64,000 nt of DNA from Felis catus. Lineage: Eukaryota. This document shows positions 23,598 to 35,446 of this stretch, piece by piece. The DNA lies in the NCBI RefSeq assembly GCF_018350175.1, contig NC_058368.1:172920001-172984000 (forward strand). Reading direction: 5' to 3'. The notes under the pieces were generated by a model. The model was not told the DNA's origin. It ran no database searches and was given only the letters and a program-made list of their open reading frames with translations. A program made the position numbers and the translations under genes. Position 1 is the stretch's first letter. Each line of letters opens with the position of its first letter.

Positions 23598-24665
23598 GGA
23601 AAGCTCTGAACCACAGAATGTCTTCCTGATTTAAGTGGCTGCAGGTTAATGTAAATGAAAGCAACATTAAAACTCAAAACACTTAGATATCAAGAGTAAT
23701 TTCCTACACATGTTATACCCCTACTAATAATGCCTGTATAAATTAGTTCCAGTCCAAGAAAATGGCTTCTCCTACAATAAAAATATTCTTCAACATGAGT
23801 GTAAAACAAAATTTAGTGGCCACAAAAAGTCAACATAATGGATGCTATTCTTGCTGTAAAGGTACTAGAACTTGGGGTGAAAACAAGACAAAATACAGCA
23901 GCAAATTTCCAAATGCTCACCATATAGATTAATCAAACCATTCACTTACTGTAGGTCAATTACATATCAATAAAATGGGGTGGGGGGATCATTTACTTAA
24001 TTGCTCCAAATTCTGCTTTTCTTTAAAATCTGTCATTATCTCACTTCTAGCAGTGATCCCACAGCCTTACATAATTCACCTTGTATAACACTAATAAAGT
24101 TATCACCTGATTGCAAATGTCCCTTCCACTCTCAAAATATAAAACTGAATCCCAATTTCCCTGTCCCTTACAATATACCTCTTTCAACAATCTTAAAAAT
24201 GGCTAAGATTTGAATAAGACAAAGACAGGGGAAGCACTGCAGAAGAAAACTATCACAGCCTTAAAAGTATAAGGTGCAATGATAGGATGATGATTTGGGG
24301 ACATGATACTGTCACTGATCGTTGTACAAACTGCAGATAAAGTTCAGAGAGCAGATGAACCTAAGAATTGAAAAGTCCATGTCCAAAGACAAAATCGCAG
24401 TCTTAGGACATTGAAAAGAATAAAAGAACTAAAGAATATAATGCAGCCTTTAAAATGAGGTACAAAAACACAACTATTGAGTTTTACATTTACATGCTAA
24501 TTGACATGGGTGAATATCTAACAAAAACAAAACTAGAGTCTTCAATATAGGATTAAATGATAGAAGGCTGCTATAGCTGAGGAAAAAAGTCTAAAAACTC
24601 AATTTGTGATTTGATTGCAATCTCCATTTTTTTCTTTAAAGAAGAAAATTTAAGAGGAAATCTGT

Positions 24666-24904
24666 GGGGCGCCTGGGTGGCTCAGTCAGTTGAGCGTCCA
24701 ACTTCAGCTCAGGTCGTGATCTCACAGCTCTTGGGTTCGAGCCCCGCGTCGGGCTCTGTGCTGGCAGCTCAGAGCCTGGCGCCTGCTTCGGATTCTGTGT
24801 CTCCCTCTCTCTCTGCCCCTAACCCACTCGCATTCTGTCTCTGGCTCTCTCAAAAATAAATAAACATTAAAAAAACACTTTTTTTTAATTAAAAAAAAAA
24901 AAAA
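24666..24904 (+). mobile_element. Can-SINE (SINEC_Fc-like)
   Basis: Full element, TSD GGAAATCTGTG. Confidence 0.93.
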
Positions 24905-25520
24905 GGAAATCTGTGTATCCTAACAACTTAATTTCTAAAACCCTGAATTACTCCTCATACATATGGGCAACAGGAAGTTTCTTAAAAATTAATATCCAGA
25001 TATCATCATTATAGAATTAGAAAACAATTTTCTATCTCTATCTACTATTTAATGATGCCTTCTTGGCTAATGAAAACCAAGTCTGCAAACTCAAAAACTT
25101 AAGTTCAAATATTTCTATTTGGTTTATAACTGAGCTGAGTCTTTTCTTAGCTGGTATGAAAATAGGGCAGTGGGATAAGAGTAGGTTAGTGGCGTATACA
25201 GACAGAAGTGAGGTAGAAATCAGGTTAAGAGATTTGAGCCTGGAAAAGAAATGACAACAAACACAAATTTTACTCAATCTTAAAACCTTTTTACATTTTC
25301 ATTTGAAAAGAAAATCTAAAAACAACTGATACACATGTCCACACAAATGGAGAACAGTCTCTCAATATAGAATCTTAGACCAAATGTATATACTGTAACA
25401 TTCTGTAATTTCTATGTTAAGTGTGCATCAATGTTGCTAAGTATTACTAAAAGCTCTGTTTTAAAATCACATATTTCCATATGGTTTAATCATATTTTAG
25501 AATTGACTAAAATAACATAC

Positions 25521-25630
25521 CTTTTTAGAAAGACCAAGATCCCCTTTCTTAGGCATAAATCCAGGGTCTAAATCATTGGATTCAAGAAGTTTCTTAGTTG
25601 GTTTTCTCTGACGTTTACTTTCATAATTTC
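25521..25630 (-). CDS. NSD1: NSD1 exon 8 (110 nt)
   Basis: Acceptor TTTCAG|GAAAT, donor AAG|GTATGT. Encodes (G)NYESKRQRKPTKKLLESNDLDPGFMPKKGDLGLSKK. Confidence 0.95.
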
Positions 25631-26831
25631 CTGAAATGCATATATCTTTTCATTAAATGATTTAGAAACTGAGCACATGCTAATTTAAAAAAAAAAAAAT
25701 CTATATGCCACAGAAAAATGAATGACCATATTTTTTATGTTTTCCTCCTCACCTTCTGGGTAGGGACAGGATAGGAATTTATTTATTCTAAAATATTAGT
25801 TAACATAAAACAAGAAAATAGTTCTCAATGCAGATACAAACTAATGTGAAGATGTTTTTATATACATCTCTCATAAAAGGACTAAAGGAAAAATCAAAAG
25901 GGCAAAACTGCTTTTATATTAATTAACTGTTAGTAAGGACAAAAGGAGAAGTAAGGTGGAGTAGAGCCTGAATTCCAAGCATAACAGCACCAAGATTACA
26001 ATTTTTATTCTACTCCTAAACAAATAAAAGAGACATTTACTTTGTAGGGCTGTTCTTAAGAATTATATAAAAAAGCCTAATAACAGAGTTTGGTTCATAA
26101 ATAATGAGATAGTAACTATCATTATTACTCCTTTTAAAAGTATTTGGGATTCTGCCTTAATTAATAAGCACAATTGGGATACTTTTTTTTACTTTAAGGA
26201 ATAACACCACAAGCTACTGTTGGGAATATAAAAAAGTTACATTCAAAATTTTCCTTGGGTGACTATAATATTCAAAAGTCAGAAGGTAAATTAAAGACCA
26301 TATGTTTAGATCCAGCTCCCACCAGGTTGACATGTATATAAAGAATGATAAAGTGAAAAGCAATTGGTTAACTTCAAGGGAGAATTTATAATTAGCTGCT
26401 TACTATGTGTCAGGTAAATTACATTATGATGTCCATTTTATATATGAGGAAACATGTTGAGAGGTTAAGCAACTTTCTAAGTAACACAAGGATTGGTAGA
26501 GCTAGTATCTGAAGCATAAGTTTCATTTGTTTATTTTACTGTGTAGTGCCCCTCCCTAAAACACTGTTATCCTAAGTATTCACTCACATGGTGTTTGATC
26601 AACAGTCATGAAGATCAACAGTAGAGTAAGGAGAGTAGTTTTTAAAATGTCTTCTGGACAGAGTACCACCAATTCATGGTCACTGAATTACATTCAATTA
26701 GCCAGCACTTTTGGGATTTCCAGGAGAAAAGTGGGTAGTTTGTTTATTATATAGAGATACACTATTAGCTTTTCATCACAACATACTAAAATCCTATCCA
26801 CTTACATACGGAGACCCCATCCCCATCTTAC

Positions 26832-27102
26832 CTGGTGTTTTAACTAGCAATTCCTCAGACTCAAGGGCAGGCCGTGGAGAGACTTCCGGAGCCACAGGCA
26901 CAGACAAGGTCAGCTGTGGCAACTCAGCATGTCCACCTCCAAGTTCTGACTGAGCCAAGGGCCCTTCCAAAAACGGAGCCTCCCTTTCAAGAACTGGAGG
27001 CTCTTCTTTGGTTGAAATCAAAGAATTCTCATCCACCCGCTTGTTCTGAGCACTAGATCGACATCGGGCTAAAAGGCTTTCCTCTTCACAGCGGGAACTT
27101 AC
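26832..27102 (-). CDS. NSD1: NSD1 exon 7 (271 nt)
   Basis: Acceptor TCTTAG|GTAAGT, donor CAG|GTAAGA. Encodes VSSRCEEESLLARCRSSAQNKRVDENSLISTKEEPPVLERE...LLVKTP. Confidence 0.95.
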
Positions 27103-27159
27103 CTAAGAGCAAAAAATAGAAGTAGAATCCATAGACCACAAAGTTGCTGTAATTCCAGT

Positions 27160-27550
27160 GTTAAAAAGAATAATGCACTTAAAAATGAAATTCTGACACA
27201 TGCTACAACATGAATGAACCTTGAAGGTATTACACTAAGTGAAATAGGCCAGACATAAAGAATGAATATTGTATGAGTCCACTTATAATGAGGTAACTAG
27301 AATGGTAAAAATTCATAGAGACAGAAAATAGAATGGTGGTTGCCAAGGGCTGAGAAGAGAGTAAAGTAGGAAGTTATTCTTTAACAGGTACAGAGTTTGA
27401 GTTTGCCAACATGAAAAAAGGTCTAGAGATGATGGATGGTGGTGCTGGGTGCACAACAATGTGAATGAATGTACTTAAAGACAGAGAACCGTATACCTAA
27501 AAATGTCTACAATTCTAAATTTTATATGGATTTCACTATAGTTTTTTAAA
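27160..27550 (+). mobile_element. Old LINE-1 3' end (L1MB-like)
   Basis: GAAATTCTGACACATGCTACAACATGAATGAACCTTGAA...CATAGAGACAGAAAATAGAATGGTGGTTGCCAAGG. Confidence 0.8.
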
Positions 27551-27632
27551 AAGGGGAAAATGCAATTAAGATACAGTAAAACTATAAAAATTCTTTAAGG
27601 CCATAGTGATAATCCTCCCCACCCACAAAAGA

Positions 27633-27831
27633 TTTTTTTTTTTTTAATGTTTATTTATTTTTGAGAGAAACAGAACATGAGTTGGGGAAGGGCAGAGAGG
27701 GAGACACAGAATCAGAAATGGGTTCCAGGCTCTGAGCTGTCAGCACCAAGGCAGGGCTCAACCCACAAACTGCGAGATCATGACCTGGGCCGAAGCTGGA
27801 CCCTCAACTGACTGAGCCACCCAGGTGCCCC
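27633..27831 (-). mobile_element. Can-SINE
   Basis: Reversed head (CTGAGCCACCCAGGTGCCCC) and T tail. Confidence 0.9.
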
Positions 27832-28388
27832 ACACACATACTGCTTCTTGATCAAAGGGAGCAAAATATGACTTAGAAGAAATCAGTCAAGACTGTAGAC
27901 AACTGAATGTTAAATCCCTTCTAATGTCATGGAATATATGACACAATACACCTATAAATTAATATAGCTAAAATTGTTTAACGTGAATCCATCAAATTGT
28001 TTTCGACTTAGTAAGAAAGAGGATAGATTAGTGACACCTATGAAGAAGCAATCATACAAATCTAGAAGGGAGATATTGTAAAGGTACTCACTCTCATTAC
28101 TTAGATAGATAGGGTCATAAAACAGGGGAACTGTTCTGGATTTAAAAGAAATTTAAGAAATGTAACAACCAGATACAACGTGTAATCCTGGAATGGATAA
28201 ACCAAATATAAAGGTTAAAGGACAAGTGAGGAAAGCTAAATATGGATTTCTTATCAGATAAACTGATCATATGAGATATAGTAATGCTTTATCAGTTATG
28301 AAGGAAAGCGTTCTATTTTTTAGAGGCGCATATTATTTAGGAGGAGAAAGTAAAGTGTCTTAAATTTACTTTAAACTACTTCAGCTTA

Positions 28389-28772
28389 GGGGTGCCTGTG
28401 TTGACTCAGCTGGTTAAGCATCCGACTTCAGCCTAGGTCATAATCTTGCAATTCCCGAGTTCGAGCCCCGCATCGGGCTCTGTACTGACAGCTCAGAGTC
28501 TGGAGCCTGTTTCAGATTCTGTGTCTTCCTCAATCTCTCTCTGCCCCTACCCCACTCGTGCTCTATTTCAATCTCTCGAAAATAAAATAAATAAACATTT
28601 AAAAAAATTCAATAAAAAAAATAATAAAGTGCTTCAGCTTAAAAAAACTGAATTAAGGGGCACATGGGTGGCACAGTCAGAAGAGTGTGCAACTCTTGAA
28701 CTCAGGGTCATGAGTTCAAGCCCCAAGTTGGGTATAGAGATTACTTGAATAAATATAAAATTTCAAAAAAAA
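28389..28772 (+). mobile_element. Two adjacent Can-SINEs (about 28389-28628 and a short form about 28657-28772)
   Basis: Two SINE heads. TSD-like CTTCAGCTTA and AAAAAYTGAATTAAG. Confidence 0.85.
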
Positions 28773-28817
28773 TTGAATTAAGAAATAAAGCAAATAAGGT
28801 ATCAATAACATTTCCTT

Positions 28818-28876
28818 AAAAAAATTACGATCCTAAAAAAAAAAATTACGATCCTAAAAAAAAAATTACGATCCTA
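28818..28876 (+). repeat. Short tandem repeat (A-run + TTACGATCCT) x3
   Basis: TTACGATCCT at 28825, 28846 and 28866. Confidence 0.95.
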
Positions 28877-29189
28877 CCATACAAATTTATATTCTATGAT
28901 TTTACTAAATACCCTAAATCATTAAACACTCTTTGAAAGAAAAGGGAAAAATTTATATATATATGTAAATATATATATATTACTATACACAGTGCATAGA
29001 CACATTTATACATTTCTTGTATAACTAGCATATTCTAGGTACTGTGCCAGAAGCTGGAGCTAAGAAGCTGAAAAAGTAAGATCCAGCTAAGAAATTTATT
29101 ATCCCATGCACACAAAATATAATATTGAAGGCAAATCTGCAGTATCCTAAAAGGATTGATGAAAAGACTGTTGAAATGTTGGAACATAC

Positions 29190-29314
29190 CTTGTGCACCT
29201 GTTCCTGCACCTTCTTTTGTTTTTTCTTAGGAGCAAATATCTGATCATATTCTTCTGTATATTCCAGAAGCCACTTGCTTGGCTTCCTAAGACGCTTCTT
29301 CTCTGACCGCATAG
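29190..29314 (-). CDS. NSD1: NSD1 exon 6 (125 nt)
   Basis: Acceptor TTTTAG|CTATG, donor AAG|GTATGT. Encodes (A)MRSEKKRLRKPSKWLLEYTEEYDQIFAPKKKQKKVQEQVHK. Confidence 0.96.
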
Positions 29315-30354
29315 CTAAAAGAGGAACAAGTTCATATTAACCAAAAAAGTTAGAGGAAAACCCATTGTTTCATACAACCATCCCTGCACTCTCAAAGGTC
29401 AGAGATGGGAAACTCTTGTTTTTCAAACACTCTGCTTAAGCTCCAAAAGGCTAAAAGTGATTTGCTATGGTTTCTCATATGCAAAAGTCGAGAGGGGAGA
29501 GACTTGTGTTGCTCTATACACATACACACAGCCCATCTGAAGTTAAGGAAAAGATTAAATTGAAACTAACTGGTATTCCATAGTGACAGATACAGCTAAT
29601 ATTAAAATATAGTCTAAATCAAGCAAATTCAAAAAATATACAATGAGTTTTTTAATAACATCTCTCTGGATTATGCAGAATACTGGATGGATATTCAGAT
29701 GAAATATTTACCTAATCAGTACTACCATGTGAATTTCAAAAACAATTTACATAAACTTCATATCATAGTTATAGTGAGTTTCACATTAGAAACAGGAGTA
29801 TTTCTAAACAGAATTATTTAAAAATATGTAATTAAGTATATGTATACCATTATCTCAATGACATAAAATGTATATGCCATGTATGTCAAAAGCAGAAAAT
29901 AAGATAAAAATACATAGTCTGGGGTACCAAAAAAAAGAAAAACCTGTCATATTTTATGGTCAAAATTTCAAAGTATCATACCAGTTTTCTCTGAATTAAT
30001 GGTAAAACAATAATCTATTATAGTTTCCTGATAGACCTTTGTCTCAGCTTAACATGCTATCATCATTTTACAAGGTTTTTGGAGCAAAAGCTAATGCATA
30101 CAGAATGTAAGATACAGTGTACTCAAGAAGCAAGAGGTATTTCATGACACAACAACCTCAGAGGGAACAATTTCTGCCTCAGTTGAATGTGGCAATACTG
30201 ACATTCTCTCAATAAAAGAAATGCAAAAGTTGAGACTAAAAGGAAAAGGTCAAAAGCCATAAAACTGTATTATGACAAAATATGGAAAATAATTTTAATT
30301 CTAACTACTGTAATTTCACAATATACCACTTAGTTATTTAAATCTAATATAAAA

Positions 30355-30431
30355 GGAGTTGAAAACTTATATTCACCTGAAAACCTGCACATCATTAAAA
30401 TTTTTTTTCAATGTTTATTTATTTTTGAGAA

Positions 30432-30462
<31 letters not shown>

Positions 30463-31270
30463 GACGCGAGTCGAGGAGGGGCAGAGAGAGGAGACACAGA
30501 ATCTGAGGCAGGCTCCAGGCTCTGAGCTGTCAGCACAGAGCCAGACACGGGGCTTGAACCCACAAACTGTGAGATCATAACCTGAGCTGAAGTCAGGTTT
30601 TCACACTTAACTGACTGAGCCACCCAGGCACCCCTGCACATCGATTTTTAAAGCAGCTTTATTCCTAATTACCAAAACTTGGAAGCAACCAAGATGCAGG
30701 TGAATGGAAACATAAACTGTGTTATGTCCAGACAATAGAATATTACTCAGCACTAAAATACCAAGCCATGAAAAGACATGAAAGATATTTAAATGCATAT
30801 TACCAAGTGAAAAAAGCCAATTTGAAAAGGCTACATACACACTATAGGATTTCAACTATATGACATTCTGGAAAAGGCAAAACTATGAAGACCATAAAAA
30901 AATGGTTACAGGGTGAGGAAGGGAGGCCTAGCAGAGAAAGAGGGATAGATAGATAAGCAGAGCACAGACTTCGGGCAATGAAAATAATCTGTAGGATACC
31001 ATAATCATGGAAACATGTCATTACACATTTGTCCAAACCCAAATAATGTACACCACCAAGAATGAACCCCAAGGTAAACTATGGACTTTGGGCGATTATA
31101 ATGTGTCAATGTACGTTCATCAATTGAAACAAATGTACCACTCTGGTGGGGGATGTTGGTAACAGGAAAAGTTGTGTGTGTGGACAGAGTGGGCAATCTA
31201 TGTGTCTTACCCTCAATTTTGCTGTGACCCCAAAACTGCTCTAAAAAAATAAAATATTAACAAAAAATAA
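30355..31270 (+). mobile_element. Old LINE-1 3' end (L1MC-like) with nested minus-strand SINE at about 30397-30634
   Basis: GTAAACTATGGACTTTGGG...AACAAATGTACCACTCTGGTGGGGGATGTTG...CTGCTCTAAAAAAATAAA. Confidence 0.8.
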
Positions 31271-32344
31271 AAAGTTAATTGTAGAAGCTGAAATAACTAC
31301 CAAATTTATATACCTATAGAACTCCCACTATAATTATGGGGCATGTTAAACCTTTCAACCAATGCAATTTTCCTAACAACATTTTTAGACCATAAACCTG
31401 TAAGTGATCCAAATTGGTATTCCCCAAGCAAGTATTTCAAAAGAAGTTAAAACACCCAAAGCCAAGCAATTACTTAAAATGTTCCCCTCAAATAATATCT
31501 GAAAAATCTCTCTTAGAGCAAAGAAATAGCCAAATAGATCTTTAAATAAATATATACATCTGTACCTATGATAGTTGATGGGTAATAACTTTATGCTCTG
31601 AAGCAAATACATTATGCCTTTAATATATTCCCATTAGACATAGCATCCAAGTTTTTTAAACACCAACAGCATTTTTTAACACAAGTAAGACCAAAGAAAT
31701 GATAAGGAGTAACAGGGATTTACTATGCCCAAGTCACAGTTCAGCCATGTCATATTCATGAATTTCTAATCTTCAATCTACAAGATAGGTGATAACATCC
31801 CCATTTTATAAAAAATGCAACTGAGGCTTGAAGAAGAAAGTGTCTTGCCTAAGCCCATTCAAGTTAATCCATTATTTAAGTGGCAAGGCAATGATTTGAA
31901 CCAAAATCTGTCCACACTCCAAAACCATTGGGCACTTTTTACTAAAACCTATCCCTATGTTGTCACATCATCATATTCCTCAACCAGTCTCCCTGCCCCC
32001 ATCTATCACTACTTCCCCACACTAATTAAATCTCAGTCCTACAGAGGTTGTGTTCTCTCCTTTGTTGTCTTAAAAGGCTGCATAGGCTAATCCTTCTTCC
32101 TTTTCCTCCTGAAGCCTCTGTCCCCCATTCTACCTTTGGGTTCACTTCTCTCACAGAGTAACTTCTCAGATTAAGCTTTAGTCCTTTACCTCTCCATTTC
32201 CTTGAGATCCACAAGAAAATCAGCAAAAACACAAAAGACCTAGAAATTAAGAGGAACACTGTATCTGACATACCTATTAGAGGTTCCTGCACAAGTGCAT
32301 GCATTGCTCTTCACCAAGTTATATAAAACAATCCTTTAAAGGTT

Positions 32345-32535
32345 TAGGGTTTGGCACACTACCAATGGGACTATTTTTATAAATAATGTCTTATTGGAAT
32401 ACAGCCATGCTCATGTATCTACTAATGACTTATGACTGCTTTTGTGCTAGAGAGTTGAGAGTGACAAGACAGTATGGCTTGCAAACTTAAAATATTTACT
32501 GTCTGTCCTTTTAAGGAAAGGATTACCAATCCCCC
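32345..32535 (+). mobile_element. MER58A-like hAT MITE
   Basis: TTATTGGAATACAGCCATGCTCAT and GCAAACTTAAAATATTTACTGTCTG resemble the recalled MER58A consensus. Confidence 0.7.
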
Positions 32536-33139
32536 CTCCCCTTAAATGTACAATAGAGTTAACACCCTGTAAATAAAAACAGCCTGATCACAACTGAATG
32601 ACTTAAAATCTAAGATGCTTCCTGAACTTCTGTTCCTGAGCTTGTTTCTTGTCCTCCTCAACTACACCTGCCACCACAACCCCCTACTCCCACTTATGTT
32701 CTCACCTAGATTGCTCATCCCACAAAACCACAGTTGAGCTGAAAGCACCTGGAGAAATAACTCACCATATCCAACTCTTCTACAAATGGCCAAAAGGAAA
32801 TGACTTGCCAAACCAACATAAAGAATATCAAGAGTAAAAGAGGAATATGACCTTCTGGATACTAAAGGTAAATATTAAAAGGCAGAAAATTACAAAAGCT
32901 AATGGAGAGAGGAATAAATCATGCAAATCTCAATACATGGCACAGAGCAAATATGAAACTGAGCAGGAGCCAAAGTATGATCATAATTAAGTTTCTTGGC
33001 AACTACATATCAATTCCTAGCACAGAGCCAGGACCTGTTGTAAAGAATGGAGACACACTGCTCATACAGGACAAGCCTAGCAATGTCTTTTTTGACTACA
33101 GAGTGTATATATACCAGCTAAAATAATGAAATATCCATA

Positions 33140-33792
33140 AAGTTAAATCAACCCCAAATTTTCACAAACTGAAGAAAAGACAAATAAAATGTGGATAAAT
33201 AAAATGTGGTGTACCTATACCCTGGAATACTATTCAGCAATAAAAACCAAAATATTGAGGGGTGCCTGAGTGGCTCAGTTGGTTAAGTGTCCAAATTTGG
33301 CTCAAGTCACGGTCTCGTGGTTCATGAATTCAAGCCCTGCATCAGGCTCTGTGCTGAAAGCTTGGAGCCTGCAGCCTGCTTCAGATTCTGTGTCTCCTTC
33401 TCTCTGCCCCTCCCCTGCTTGTGCTCTGTCTCTCAAAAATAAATAAACTTTAAACAAACAAAATATTGATACATGCTACAATATGGATAACCACAAAAAT
33501 ATTATGCTAAATGAAAAGCGCAAAACACAAAAGATCACATACTATATGATTCCATTAATATGAAACGTCCAGAAGAGGCAAATGGTGGGGGTTTGGGGGT
33601 ACAATCAGTGGTTGCTGGGGCTAGGAGTACAAATGAACTAGCTATAAATGGGATGGAGGACTCTCACTGGGTAGAACAAATGTTCTAAAACTGATTTATG
33701 GGGATGGTTGCACAACTCAATAAATTTACTAAAAATCACTTACTTATACACTTAAAACGTATGAACCTTATGGTGTATAAATTGTACCTCAT
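33140..33792 (+). mobile_element. Old LINE-1 3' end with nested Can-SINE (about 33259-33460)
   Basis: GGATAAATAAAATGTGG...GGAATACTATTCAGCAATAAAA and ATGATTCCATTAATATGAAACGTCCAGAA. Confidence 0.75.
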
Positions 33793-34439
33793 GCTCTCTT
33801 TCTCAAAATAAATAAACTAAAAAAAAAAAAAAAAAAAGACTGAATTACAGTTCTTTTCCTAAAGAACTACATTACAGTAAGTACTAAGAGCAACATCACT
33901 CCTCACTACACATTATTAACCCTTGTCATACACCTACTTTCCTAGTTCGGAAACCTCAGAGGCAAAAGAGATAAAGGAAGGGGGGACAAAAGGCAAAAGT
34001 CCACACATTCCTTCATAATAATAAAGTTACTGAGCCCAACCTCCTGTTGAAAACAAATAAAAATGCTACAAAATGTTTTTAAAACTACTTTAAAAGCAGC
34101 AAAGCACTGACAAGATTGTAATGAACTACAAACCAAAAATTACAAGTAATAACTATAGAAATAAAGCAATGAAATGGATTAGGTCCTGAAGACTTTGAGA
34201 TCCAGCTAAAGCATACGAGGCAGAAGTTTGAGAGAGAATAAACTAGGGCCCCAAATAACTCTATCCTCAGAGTTACAGTAAAGCAAAAGAACACCATGTC
34301 CCAGCCTCCAGGAGACCACAAGGAAAGGTACCTTGGCAAGAAGTAGAAGGGGAGCAGAAGGGAAAATAAGTCCTTGAGAAGCTGTGACTGGTGCTCCTGT
34401 GGATTTGTAGCTCCCATAAGAAAATCAAGCAATTGATGT

Positions 34440-35386
34440 AAATTATGAAAAATAAATTATTAAAAAAAAAGTCAAGCAATTAGTACATCATGTTTAACAG
34501 AATAAAGGGCATAAAAAGGAATGATCATCCTAACAGACACAGAAAAACCACCTAACAAACCAGGAATAAAAGGCAACTTTCTCAACTTGAAAGGTCATCT
34601 ATCAAAGTCATAGCTAACATCATAGTTAATAGTGAAAAATTGGGTATCTTTGCCCTAAGATCAGGAACTAGACAAGAGTGCCTGTTCACTCCACTTATGC
34701 TTAACACTGCACTGGAGGCTCTAGCTAGGGCAATTAGCCAAAAGGAAAAATAAATAAATACATACATACATACATACATACATACATACATACATACATA
34801 CATACATAAATAACCAGATGAGAAAGGATGAAGTAAAAGTGTATTAGTTGATGACACGATCATGTGCATAGAAAATCCTAAGGAATTCAAAATAAAATAA
34901 ATTAGAACTAAAAAATGAGTTCAGCAAGGTTGCAACATGCAAAATCAATATACAAAAAGCAAGTGTATTTCTGTATACTTGTAATGAACAACCCAAGAAT
35001 GATCATTTTCATATCTCATTTGTAATAGCATCAAAAAATAAAATTAAAAAAATAAAATATTTAAGAATAAATTAAACAAAAGAACCACAAGAATTAGACA
35101 CAGAAAACTGTCCTGTGGTTCATAGTTTAGAAAACTTAACAATGGCAACACTGCCGAAACTAATCTACAAATCCAGCACAATTCTTATCAAAATACCAGC
35201 TGGCTTTTTTGCAGAAATTAACATGCTGGTCTGAGAATTACAATGGAAATGCACAAGATGCAGAAAAGTCAAACAATCCTGAAAATTGACAAAGTTGGAG
35301 GACACACTTTCCAATTTCAAAACTACAATAATTACTACAAAAATAGGGCAAGTTAAGACTTTGTGGTACTGACATGGTAAAAACAA

Positions 35387-35446
<60 letters not shown>

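Noticed and set aside
28818..28876. Repeat-spacer pattern resembling a CRISPR array
   Set aside because: Mammalian DNA, 10-bp repeats, homopolymer spacers, no cas genes.
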